DNA from: Acidobacteriota bacterium
GTDB taxonomy: Bacteria > Acidobacteriota > UBA6911 > RPQK01 > JAJDTT01
Length of the DNA: 64,000 bases
Direction of reading: 5' to 3'
Assembly (NCBI GenBank): GCA_965217775.1
Contig: CBDCJH010000002.1
Location: 5,248,001 to 5,312,000, forward strand
In this document: in pieces, positions 1 through 7,999 of the stretch
Layout of the letters: each line of letters starts with the position of its first letter
Position numbering within the stretch: position 1 is the stretch's first letter
Made by a program: the position numbers and the translations under genes
The notes under the pieces: model-generated
What the model saw: only the letters and a program-made list of their open reading frames with translations
What the model was told of the DNA's origin: nothing
Databases searched by the model: none

Positions 1-573
1 CTCTCCCGCCAGGAGGTGAAGCTGCTGGGACAGGATATCCGGTTCATCAAGATCGGGTCCGATCCATTCCGCAAGACCGGCGAGTCCTTGCTGACGGCCA
101 AGGGGTTCTGGATTCCCTTCTCCTTGCCCCTGCTTTTCCTTCTGGGCGCCGTCGGTTACAGGCGGCATCTGACGCGGCTCAAGGGAGACGTAGCCTACGC
201 GCGGGCCAGGAGGGCTCGCCGCGTCTCCCGGAAGAGACTGGCCCACGCCCGGACCCACTTGGCCCAGGGTGCCGAGAAAGAGTTCTACCAAGCCGTGGGA
301 AAGGCACTCATGGGCTATCTGGCCGACAAGCTCAACGTGGCCCAAGCCGGAATGGTCAGTCAGGAGGTCAAGGAGACTTTGCGGGCCAGGGGAATCTCGG
401 AAGAGTCCCTCACGGGCTATTTCGACTGTCTCCAGATCTGTGATTTGAAGCAGTTCGCGCCGTCTTCCTCCGCCGAGCAGGAAATGCAGGACCTGATGGC
501 CAGCGCCCGGGACGCCGTGACCCGGATGGAGCAGGAGTTCGCCTCCCGCCCGGAAAGAAGGTATTCTCAGTGA
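1..573 (+). CDS. BatD-like (oxygen tolerance) protein, C-terminal part; 5' end lies outside the window
   Basis: The frame is open from base 1. 'DIRFIK', a TM helix, 'ARARRA', then 'FYQAVGKALMGYLADKLN...CDLKQFAP' resemble the BatD C-terminus; the next gene is BatE-like. Confidence 0.7.
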   Translation, partial: LSRQEVKLLGQDIRFIKIGSDPFRKTGESLLTAKGFWIPFSLPLLFLLGAVGYRRHLTRLKGDVAYARARRARRVSRKRLAHARTHLAQGAEKEFYQAVGKALMGYLADKLNVAQAGMVSQEVKETLRARGISEESLTGYFDCLQICDLKQFAPSSSAEQEMQDLMASARDAVTRMEQEFASRPERRYSQ

Positions 574-1331
574 ACCCACGGGCGATCGCTCTGCTCTCGC
601 TGACTTTGATCTTCGCTCCGGTTTGGGGGGACTCTCGGGAGGGTCTCTTCCAACAGGGCAACCGAAATTACGAGGCTGGTGAATACCGGAAGGCCCTGGA
701 GAGCTACGCGAGCGTTGCCGCCATGGGTTACGAGTCGGGCCCACTCTATTTCAACATGGGAAATTGCTACTACAAGCTCGGCGAGACGGGGCAGGCCATT
801 CTTCACTACGAGCGCGCGGCTCGACTGATCCCCGGAGATGAGGATCTGGAGGTGAACCTGTCACTGGCACGGCTCAAGGTGGTCGATCAAATTCCCGAGC
901 TGCCCCGGTTCCGGCTCCTGGTCCTCTTGGAGCGCTTCGTGTTCTTTCTTCCCCGCAGCGCTCTATGGGTCCTGATGTGGAGTTCCTACGCCGTTCTGGT
1001 GGCTGCCTGGATCCTCAGGCTTCTTTGGAGTCGGGGCCGCAGGTTCACCGGCAAGATCGTCTGGGCCGGAGTTCTCCTGCTGATCGGGTCCTCCCTATGC
1101 TTGGCTGGTCAGATTCGCCAGGAGAGAGAACCCTCCGAGGCCATCATCCTGGCCCAGGAGGCCCGGGCCGTGAGTGCCCCGGGAGAAGAAGGCATCCAGG
1201 TCTTCACGCTCCACGAGGGGACCAAGGTGCGAATTCAGGAAGTCTCGGGGTCATGGGTCGAAGTCCTTCTCGCCGACGGTAATGTAGGATGGCTGAAGGC
1301 CGACTCCATGGCCAGGATCGCTCAGCAATGA
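570..1331 (+). CDS. BatE-like TPR + TM + SH3 protein
   Basis: Signal peptide, TPR (LYFNMGNCYYKLGETGQAILHYERA), two TM helices, SH3b-like end (LHEGTKV...GNVGWL). GTGA overlap with the upstream stop. Confidence 0.8.
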   Translation: MNPRAIALLSLTLIFAPVWGDSREGLFQQGNRNYEAGEYRKALESYASVAAMGYESGPLYFNMGNCYYKLGETGQAILHYERAARLIPGDEDLEVNLSLARLKVVDQIPELPRFRLLVLLERFVFFLPRSALWVLMWSSYAVLVAAWILRLLWSRGRRFTGKIVWAGVLLLIGSSLCLAGQIRQEREPSEAIILAQEARAVSAPGEEGIQVFTLHEGTKVRIQEVSGSWVEVLLADGNVGWLKADSMARIAQQ

Positions 1332-2101
1332 GATCGAAAATCGGAAAGCCGGTGGTTTTGGTGCTGGCCGCAGCGCTCCTGATAGCGGGACCCGTGTTTG
1401 GGGCGATCCGGCAGCAGGAGAAGCCGATCCATCTCATCGAGGCTGCCGAACGGGGAGACGTGGACGCGGTGAAGTACCTCCTGGACCTCGGTGTGGACGT
1501 CAACGGGAGGGACGAGCAGGGAACCACGGCTCTGACCGCCGCCGCTTGGGTGGGTCAGACCGAAGTGGTCAAGATCCTGTTGGAACGAGGCTCCGAGATC
1601 GATCCCCGGGATGAACTGGCCGGAATGACACCCCTCATCTGGGCCTGCTGGAAGGGATATGGTCAAACCGTGGGGGTTCTTCTGGAAGCCGCAGCCGACG
1701 TGAACCTCAAGGACAAGAACGAACGGGGCGGGCTCATGGGAGCCGCCTGGGAGGGGCACACAGGGATCGTCAGGATGTTGCTTGCCGCCGGCGCCCAGTT
1801 GGAATCGCGTGATTACACTGGCGCCACCGCCCTGATGTGGGCCGCCTGGAACGGCCGCCTGGAAACCACCCAAGCCCTGCTGGCGGCCGGGGCCGCCATC
1901 GATGCCCGCGAGAACGAAGGCAAGACGGCACTCATCGGCGCGGCGACGGACGGCCATCTGCCAGTGGTGCAAGCGCTGGTGAACGCGGGAGCTCGACTGG
2001 ACGTCAAGGACCAGAAGGGCCTTACCGCCCTTTCGGCCGCAGCCTCCAACCGCCACACCGAGGTCGTCCGCTATCTACAAGAGGCCGGCGCCACCAGGTA
2101 A
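1328..2101 (+). CDS. Secreted ankyrin repeat protein
   Basis: About 7 G-T(A/P)L--AA--G---V--LL--GA repeats after a signal peptide. ATG at 1328 overlaps the upstream TGA. Confidence 0.9.
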   Translation: MRSKIGKPVVLVLAAALLIAGPVFGAIRQQEKPIHLIEAAERGDVDAVKYLLDLGVDVNGRDEQGTTALTAAAWVGQTEVVKILLERGSEIDPRDELAGMTPLIWACWKGYGQTVGVLLEAAADVNLKDKNERGGLMGAAWEGHTGIVRMLLAAGAQLESRDYTGATALMWAAWNGRLETTQALLAAGAAIDARENEGKTALIGAATDGHLPVVQALVNAGARLDVKDQKGLTALSAAASNRHTEVVRYLQEAGATR

Positions 2102-2174
2102 CTGAATCCCGGGACCCCGGGCGTTGAGATAGCTCCTCAGTCTCCTTCTCTCACTCCTCACTCCTCGTTTCCCG

Positions 2175-2231
2175 TCACTTCCAACCCGGCACGAACTCCC
2201 GGTCCCCAGGAATGACGTTCAACTGTTTCCT
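2175..2231 (-). pseudogene. Diverged duplicate of the 3' end of the sulfatase gene
   Basis: Translates RKQLNVIPGDREFVPGWK*, versus RRQLNVIPGDRGFEPGWE* at 3929-3985. Confidence 0.85.
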
Positions 2232-2430
2232 CCCTTCAACTGTTTCCTCCCCCCGAACTCCCGGTCCCCAGGAATGACGTTCAACTGTTTCCTCCCCCGG
2301 AAAGGGACAGTCTCGATTCCCGGTCCGCGATTCCGGTCCGCGGTCTCGATTCCCGGTCTCGCGCGATTCCCGGAACGGGAACGGCTCAACAGAACGGTTC
2401 AACAGACCGCGGAAAGGGACAGTCTCGATT
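2192..2430. repeat. Nested tandem duplications and two AAAGGGACAGTC motifs (left flank of RAYT)
   Basis: A ~42-bp segment is repeated at 2193-2234 and 2255-2296, with a partial copy at 2235-2251. aaagggacagtc occurs at 2301-2312 and 2413-2424. Confidence 0.85.
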
Positions 2431-2579
2431 CCGGGTCGCGATCCTCGTTCAAATCTGCTTCCCTCGTTCTCCTGAACCGTCAGAAAAATGGGGAAAGTCC
2501 AGAGTCTATTGGGCGGTTTCCGTGATCTGGGTCGTCCGGTGCCACGGTGGCAGAATCGACGGACGGAGATCAGGCGAGT

Positions 2580-3521
2580 CTACGTGACGAAGGCGTGCGA
2601 GCGCTGCTCCCGCAGGGAAAACAGCACTCCGCCCAGTTGGGGGATGGGGTGTCGGCGACGCCGATATCGACCTTGCTTTCGATACGTCTCCAGCAGTTGC
2701 GCCACTTTCTCTGCCGGACCGACGGCCAATCCGTCCGTCAGAAATCGCAAACGACGGCGAAAGGCTCCGGCACGGGTAAATCCACGTCGCTGCTCCTGAT
2801 GGAGGATCCACCGGGGGATTGCGGCCTGGTTCTCCCGGGTGGGGACGGCTCCTCGATAGTACAAGCGAGCCCGGTAACTCCTGTACACGTCGGTTCCCGG
2901 ATCCGAGGGGAACAGTTCCTCCAATGGAATCAGGTCGTGATCCTTGCCGGTGAGTCTCCAGCGGGCTGAGCCCCACTTCCATTGCTCGGGCCGCTTGACC
3001 AGTCCGGCTCGGACGGCGTTGAGTTCCACGTAAAGAATGGCGTCTTGGACCGCTTCGGTTCCCAATAGTTCCGGGTTCTTGAAACGTTCACTCCAAAAAT
3101 GGCCTCGCCGTCGAAACTGGTGGTTGAACCACACGGCATACAGCCCGTCCACGTTCTGCATCAGTTTCGACACGTCAAAGAGACGCTGGTTGAAAGCCTT
3201 CCATTGGGCGACGGTCCAATCGGCGGTTTTCTTCTCTACCTTTCGCCCATAAAGCTTGTCGGCGCTCTCCATCAACTCCTTGCGGGACAAGGAGCGAGGC
3301 TTCTCAAAATGGACGACGAAGTGGAAGTGATTGCCCATGATCTGAAACGCGGCCAAACGACACCGGTAGACACTGACGTAGAACAAAATCATGTCCAGGA
3401 GTTTGCGACGGGCTCGCCGGTCTTCGAAGGGGAACCAATCGGTCCAGCCAGTGACTCGATTGGTGAGGTGATAGAAGGCGGCTTCCTTGCTTTTGTGTCG
3501 CGCGGTTCGGGGCATGGGCAC
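2580..3521 (-). CDS. REP-associated tyrosine transposase (RAYT, Y1 HUH family)
   Basis: FYHLTNR; IMGNHFH (HUH); NHQFRRRGHFWSERF; YVELNAVRAGLV-PEQWKWGS (catalytic Tyr); C-terminal extension. Confidence 0.9.
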   Translation of the reverse strand: MPMPRTARHKSKEAAFYHLTNRVTGWTDWFPFEDRRARRKLLDMILFYVSVYRCRLAAFQIMGNHFHFVVHFEKPRSLSRKELMESADKLYGRKVEKKTADWTVAQWKAFNQRLFDVSKLMQNVDGLYAVWFNHQFRRRGHFWSERFKNPELLGTEAVQDAILYVELNAVRAGLVKRPEQWKWGSARWRLTGKDHDLIPLEELFPSDPGTDVYRSYRARLYYRGAVPTRENQAAIPRWILHQEQRRGFTRAGAFRRRLRFLTDGLAVGPAEKVAQLLETYRKQGRYRRRRHPIPQLGGVLFSLREQRSHAFVT

Positions 3522-3687
3522 GGTCCTCGGTTAATCGGACTCGGTCTCGGAGGGGAGTCAGTTCGCACCCCTGATGACAACAACGATTCAGAATTGAGAA
3601 AGGCGAAGGAAACTCAAGAAAATCAGCAAATCTCGGGTTTCCGGAAGTAGCCGAGGAAGCTTGACCAGGTGACCACCTGAGTCGTCT

Positions 3688-3758
3688 CAGGACGGAAAAA
3701 CACAGGACGGAAAAACAGACTGTCCCCTTCTCACGGAAAAACAGACTGTCCCCTTCTC
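3688..3758. repeat. Nested tandem duplications with two GACTGTCCCCTTCTC motifs (right flank of RAYT)
   Basis: caggacggaaaaaca x2; acggaaaaacagactgtccccttctc x2, with motifs at 3718-3732 and 3744-3758. Confidence 0.85.
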
Positions 3759-3848
3759 AAGAAGGGTCTCACTGCCCTTGGGGCCGCAGCTTCCAACCGG
3801 CACACAGAGGTCGTCCGCTATCTACAAGAGGCCGGCGCCACCAGGTAG
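3759..3848 (+). pseudogene. Diverged duplicate of the 3' end of the ankyrin gene
   Basis: KKGLTALGAAASNRHTEVVRYLQEAGATR*, versus QKGLTALSAAASNRHTEVVRYLQEAGATR* at 2012-2101. Confidence 0.9.
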
Positions 3849-3855
3849 GGGCTCC

Positions 3856-3918
3856 TGGGAGGGGACATTCTTGTCCCCCGGACATCCCGGAATCGAGGGT
3901 TACAAACCCCCACTCCCA
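3856..3918. repeat. REP doublet (TGGGAG-foot hairpins, inverted pair)
   Basis: TGGGA-GGGGACA-ttct-TGTCCCC on +, and TGGGAGT-GGGGGTT-tgt-AACCCTC on -, between converging gene ends. Confidence 0.7.
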
Positions 3919-3928
3919 TGCCTCCCCG

Positions 3929-5344
3929 TTACTCCCAACCCGGTTCGAAACCCCGGTCTCCGGGGATGACGTTCAACTGTCTCCGCAAGTCGAGGCAAGC
4001 CTCCTCCCAGCGGTCGAGGTCATCCCTGAGTCGGCTGACGGCGTCCGGGACCGCCGCCCGCTGCAGGAGGTTGTCCAGTTCGCAGGGATCCTGCATGAGA
4101 TCGTAGGCTTCGTCACCGTACTGGGGATCCCGGATGTAGGAGAACTCCTGGCTCCGCCCGGCTCGAACCAGGGCGTTTCGCCGACCCGAATTGAAGGTTC
4201 CGGTGGGAAAGGTTGACTTGAGGTGTCCATGGTAGTCGCCGACTTGGGCGAAGGCGACACGGCGCAGCGGCCGTCTCGCTCCCCGGCCCACCCACGCCAT
4301 CAGGTCCCGGCCCTGAGCGTATTCGGGAACCGGAATGCCGGCCAGGGAGAGGAAGGTGGGAAAAAGATCCACGAGATCCACGAGGCCGGGGATCCGGATT
4401 CCCCGGTGAGCCGTCAGATTCGTGGGTGGGCGGATCACCAGCGGGACGTGGGTCAGGCATTCGTACGGAACCTCGCACTTCTCGAAGAGTCCCTTCTCCC
4501 CCATGAAATCGCCGTGGTCGGAGGCGAAGATCACCCAGGTGTTCTCCAACAGGTCCCTTTCCACCAGAGCCTGGAAGACCCGATTCATCTGGTCGTCCAC
4601 GTAGCGGATCATTCCGTTGTAGACGGCCACGACCTTCTTGAGATCGTGTTCGGAAGCCTCCTCGGTTCTGACTTCCTTGAGAGCCTGGTTTTGCCAAGCG
4701 GGCCTTTCTCCGTCGTGGTCCATCACCGGGAGATCGACCTGACCGGGGTCCACCATGGAATCGTAGGGGGGAGGCACGAAATAGGAAGGATGGGGGTCGT
4801 TGAAGGAGAAGTGGAGAAAGAAAGGCATTCGGGACCGCCGTGCCGTGTCGATCATGCGGATCGACCGATCCGCCAGCAGCGCCGAATGTCCCTCCTCGGG
4901 AGCGCAATCGATGGCTCCGCAGGACCAGCCCACGTCTCTGCGGCCATGGGAGTACTTGGTCTCCAGGGCGCGGGCCAACGGACCAGGCTCGCGCAGGTCC
5001 ACCTGTTCATACCAGCCGCGGCTCAGGTTCCTACCTTGTTCGAAATGACCCGAGACCGCGGTGTAGTAACCGTGCGAGGCGAAGAACTCGGACATCTGCG
5101 GCAGGTTCAGGGGAGCTTTGTTCTGCCAACAGGTGACCTGGTGGACCAGCGGATGCACCCCGGTGAAGACGGAGGCCCGGCTGGGGGTGCAGATGGTGCT
5201 GGCGGCATAGGTCTCGGGGAAAGTGATTCCCTCTGCCGCCAGACCCTCCATGAAGGGGCAGGAGATCAAGGGGTTCCCCAGAATGGGCGCCGCCGAGGCC
5301 TTGAGTTGGTCGGCAGTGATGTAGACGAGGTTGGGCTTGTCCAA
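3929..5344 (-). CDS. Sulfatase (formylglycine type, choline-sulfatase-like)
   Basis: KPNLVYITADQ, CTPSRAS motif, DPH, SDHGD..GEKG, VPLVIR. Confidence 0.9.
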   Translation of the reverse strand: MDKPNLVYITADQLKASAAPILGNPLISCPFMEGLAAEGITFPETYAASTICTPSRASVFTGVHPLVHQVTCWQNKAPLNLPQMSEFFASHGYYTAVSGHFEQGRNLSRGWYEQVDLREPGPLARALETKYSHGRRDVGWSCGAIDCAPEEGHSALLADRSIRMIDTARRSRMPFFLHFSFNDPHPSYFVPPPYDSMVDPGQVDLPVMDHDGERPAWQNQALKEVRTEEASEHDLKKVVAVYNGMIRYVDDQMNRVFQALVERDLLENTWVIFASDHGDFMGEKGLFEKCEVPYECLTHVPLVIRPPTNLTAHRGIRIPGLVDLVDLFPTFLSLAGIPVPEYAQGRDLMAWVGRGARRPLRRVAFAQVGDYHGHLKSTFPTGTFNSGRRNALVRAGRSQEFSYIRDPQYGDEAYDLMQDPCELDNLLQRAAVPDAVSRLRDDLDRWEEACLDLRRQLNVIPGDRGFEPGWE

Positions 5345-5387
5345 AGTCTTCAGTTCCGGAGGCCGCTACAAATCCTTTGAGATCCCC

Positions 5388-7163
5388 TCAGTGCGGCGCG
5401 ATCCGATGGGTCGACGTCGCCATCCTTCCGGTGAGACTCTGGCGGACCACGACCACGAGGTCGTGGGGCCCATCCGGCGCGATCCGTGCCGCCATGGGGA
5501 CGAAGTGCTTGTAGCGGAGGAATTTGGACAGATCCTGCTGATTGAAGTCCAGGTCGAATCTCTCAACGAAGTAGAAGTTGTCTCCGACCCATTTCCCGGC
5601 GTCGTCGAAGAGTGCCCCGAACATCTCGATGACGCACCGGTTCTGTCCTCCCTGGGATCTGAAGATGAAGGAGCCGGTGGGAATTCGGGCCTGGACCTGC
5701 ACCTGCCCCTTTCGGTTCAGGATCTGAGTGTCGACGGGAAAGTCCCGGAACAGGTCGGGGAACTTGAAGGCGTTGGCCAGATCGACGGTTTCGGCTTCTC
5801 GCGGGTCCTCTTCGACGTAACCTTCCCGGTACCGCAACCGGATGCCCTTTCTTCTGACCTTCACCTTGATCTTGTGGAACTTGCCCTGCTTCCGGATCGA
5901 GGACGGGACGTATCCCAAAAGGTAGTACTGACTGCCGTCCCGGTAGGCACTGCGGATCGGGCGTTCCAGGTCGTTGTCGTCGGCGAACCAGAGCCCACCG
6001 GTCTCCATCGAGAGGGAGGCCAGAAACTGGTGCGGGGCGGTGATGTCCTCGGTGGAGTAGGTTGGGTAAAGGTAATTGCCCGATCCTCTGTGTTCAGGGT
6101 TGCCGATCGCAGGGACCATCAGACCTCGGGGATCGATACTGTATACCGAAACCTGGGCTCGATTGGCCTGGCGCACCGCCGACCCAAGCCGGTTGATCAG
6201 GTGGGAGGCTTGTGAGGCGCCCGCCATGTAGTTGTTGGCTGCCAGATGGATCAGGGTGACCTGTCCCGGAGAGTAGGTGACGGCTCGTTGGGAGATCAGA
6301 TGTGTGACGGTGCGCTTGGCATCGAGAGGATAGCCCTTGGAGAAGTAGATCAACTGTTTTCGTCCCGGTAGGGAGCCCAGATGCCGGGAGAGTGCGCCGA
6401 TGGCGGCGCAGGTGAAGTCCATTTGCAGTTCGACCTTCACCAGGAGATCGCGGCCATGGTCCGCTGCCTGAGAGATGGCTCCGTCCAGATTCGGATCGAG
6501 TCTCTGCTCTCCGGCCCCGGTCTGGCCGGGATCGAAGGTGTCCAGGGCTCCCGCCTCCATTCGGGCGAAGGCATAGTCCAAACTCTCCACAAACCGGGCG
6601 ATGCCGGTCTCTTCAAAATCTCTCGCGACCAGTTTGTCGAGGGTGGTGTCCAATTGGGAAATGTCGCTGGTGAAGGGCAATTCGACTCGAAACTGCGGCC
6701 GTATGCTGGCGACCATCACCCGGTCGGTGGGAGCCAGTTCGGAGCGGGCGAACCGTCGTATGGATTCCTTGACCCGTTCCAGCCCATGAAAGGACATGGC
6801 CTGCAAGTCGAACAGGAAGACGAAATAGCCCCTGTCCTGCGGGGTCGTGGGGAGGGACCTGGTGGCGAGGGTGGGCGTGGGAACGGCACCGGTTCTGACG
6901 TCCGAAACCAGTTGTTCCTCGGACCCGGCCCGTTTGCGCAGGTCGAAGAAGGTCAGTCTCTGGAGCTTGCCGTCCTCGAAGACCTGAATCTCCCCGGGCT
7001 TCAGGTCGTGGACAAATTGTCCCCGCTTGTCGGTGACCACCAGGTCGACCAGGACGACCTCGGATTGGGCTCGGAAGGAGGGGAGCAGCTCCTGCTGGGC
7101 ATCGACGGGAACGAGAGTAAACCCCAAAAGACCGATGGCCCATGGCAGGCGACGAAATCGCAT
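5388..7163 (-). CDS. Acidobacterial VWA domain-containing protein
   Basis: Signal peptide, FRAQSEVVLVDLVVTDKRG, LPGRKQLIYFSKG, VYSIDPRGL, ETGG, YYLLGY, GKFHKIKVKV..LRYREGY. Start placed at MRFRR. Confidence 0.85.
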   Translation of the reverse strand: MRFRRLPWAIGLLGFTLVPVDAQQELLPSFRAQSEVVLVDLVVTDKRGQFVHDLKPGEIQVFEDGKLQRLTFFDLRKRAGSEEQLVSDVRTGAVPTPTLATRSLPTTPQDRGYFVFLFDLQAMSFHGLERVKESIRRFARSELAPTDRVMVASIRPQFRVELPFTSDISQLDTTLDKLVARDFEETGIARFVESLDYAFARMEAGALDTFDPGQTGAGEQRLDPNLDGAISQAADHGRDLLVKVELQMDFTCAAIGALSRHLGSLPGRKQLIYFSKGYPLDAKRTVTHLISQRAVTYSPGQVTLIHLAANNYMAGASQASHLINRLGSAVRQANRAQVSVYSIDPRGLMVPAIGNPEHRGSGNYLYPTYSTEDITAPHQFLASLSMETGGLWFADDNDLERPIRSAYRDGSQYYLLGYVPSSIRKQGKFHKIKVKVRRKGIRLRYREGYVEEDPREAETVDLANAFKFPDLFRDFPVDTQILNRKGQVQVQARIPTGSFIFRSQGGQNRCVIEMFGALFDDAGKWVGDNFYFVERFDLDFNQQDLSKFLRYKHFVPMAARIAPDGPHDLVVVVRQSLTGRMATSTHRIAPH

Positions 7164-7285
7164 GGCGGCAACAGAAAGGACTTCGATCACGGTCACAGAA
7201 TACAGATGGGGCATCTTATCAGGCCCGGTCTTCGGATGAAGCCGCGATCTCGCCAGGGTCCAACTTTGCGGACTGCCTCCGGTAT

Positions 7286-7444
7286 CAGTCCGTGGTGAAA
7301 GTCCCGCGAGCACCGAGACCGTTCCTGCGCCCGCCGGACAAGGCGCTTCGGAGGGAGCATACCGGGAGTATGTGAGCCGATGGCAACGCAGTCCGCCGGG
7401 ATGCAGGGACGGTCGAATGCCGTGAGGACTTTTGCCACGGGCTG
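7286..7444 (+). mobile_element. MITE copy 1 (159 bp, ERIC-like core)
   Basis: TIRs CAGTCCGTGGTGAAAGTC / GACTTTTGCCACGGGCTG; near-identical to the copies at 31310, 33584 and 49251. Confidence 0.9.
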
Positions 7445-7453
7445 TATACTCAC

Positions 7454-7981
7454 GTGGTGAGATTCATCTTTCCGGCCGGTCTGCTCTGGGCGGTCTTGCT
7501 GCCTGGAGTGATGACGGCACAGGATTCCGAGTCGCCGGTCTCGGCTCGGAACTTTCTCTGGGTCAACCAAGATTTCTGCACCGCTGGACAACCGACCCAC
7601 CAGGACCTGATCCGCCTGAAGCAAAAAGGAGTCCACTCGGTCTTGAACCTGCGGACCGCCGCCGAGGACCCCGGCGTGGCGAAAGAGGGAGCTGCAGTGC
7701 AGGCGCTGGGACTCAAATATTTCCACCTTCCGGTGGACTCGAGTCGCCTGACTCCGAAGCTGGGAGACGAGTTTCTGCGGATCGTCTCGGATGAGTCGAA
7801 CCGGCCCCTTTTCATCCATTGCGCCAGCGCCAATCGGGTCGGAGCGTTCTGGATTCTTCACCGAGTGGTCAATCATGGCTGGACCATGGCGAAGGCGGAG
7901 GAAGAGGCCCGTAAGATCGGCCTGCGATCCAAGAAGTTGCTCGAGTTCGCCAGGAAGTACCTCGAACAAGCTGGCCACTGA
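7454..7981 (+). CDS. Secreted PTP-like / DUF442-type protein
   Basis: AGQP, VLNLR, LKYFHLPV, PLFIHCASANRVG (CX5R loop). Confidence 0.8.
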   Translation: MVRFIFPAGLLWAVLLPGVMTAQDSESPVSARNFLWVNQDFCTAGQPTHQDLIRLKQKGVHSVLNLRTAAEDPGVAKEGAAVQALGLKYFHLPVDSSRLTPKLGDEFLRIVSDESNRPLFIHCASANRVGAFWILHRVVNHGWTMAKAEEEARKIGLRSKKLLEFARKYLEQAGH

Positions 7982-7999
7982 ATACCCGGGAGGTCTGAT

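Larger units (their letters stand above)
2299..3758 (-). mobile_element. RAYT module bounded by inward-facing GGGACAGTC motifs
   Basis: Motifs are on + at the left and on - at the right. The outer motifs abut the duplicated gene fragments. Confidence 0.6.

Noticed and set aside
2192-2430. CRISPR array
   Set aside because: Nested duplications without unique, regular spacers; no cas genes.
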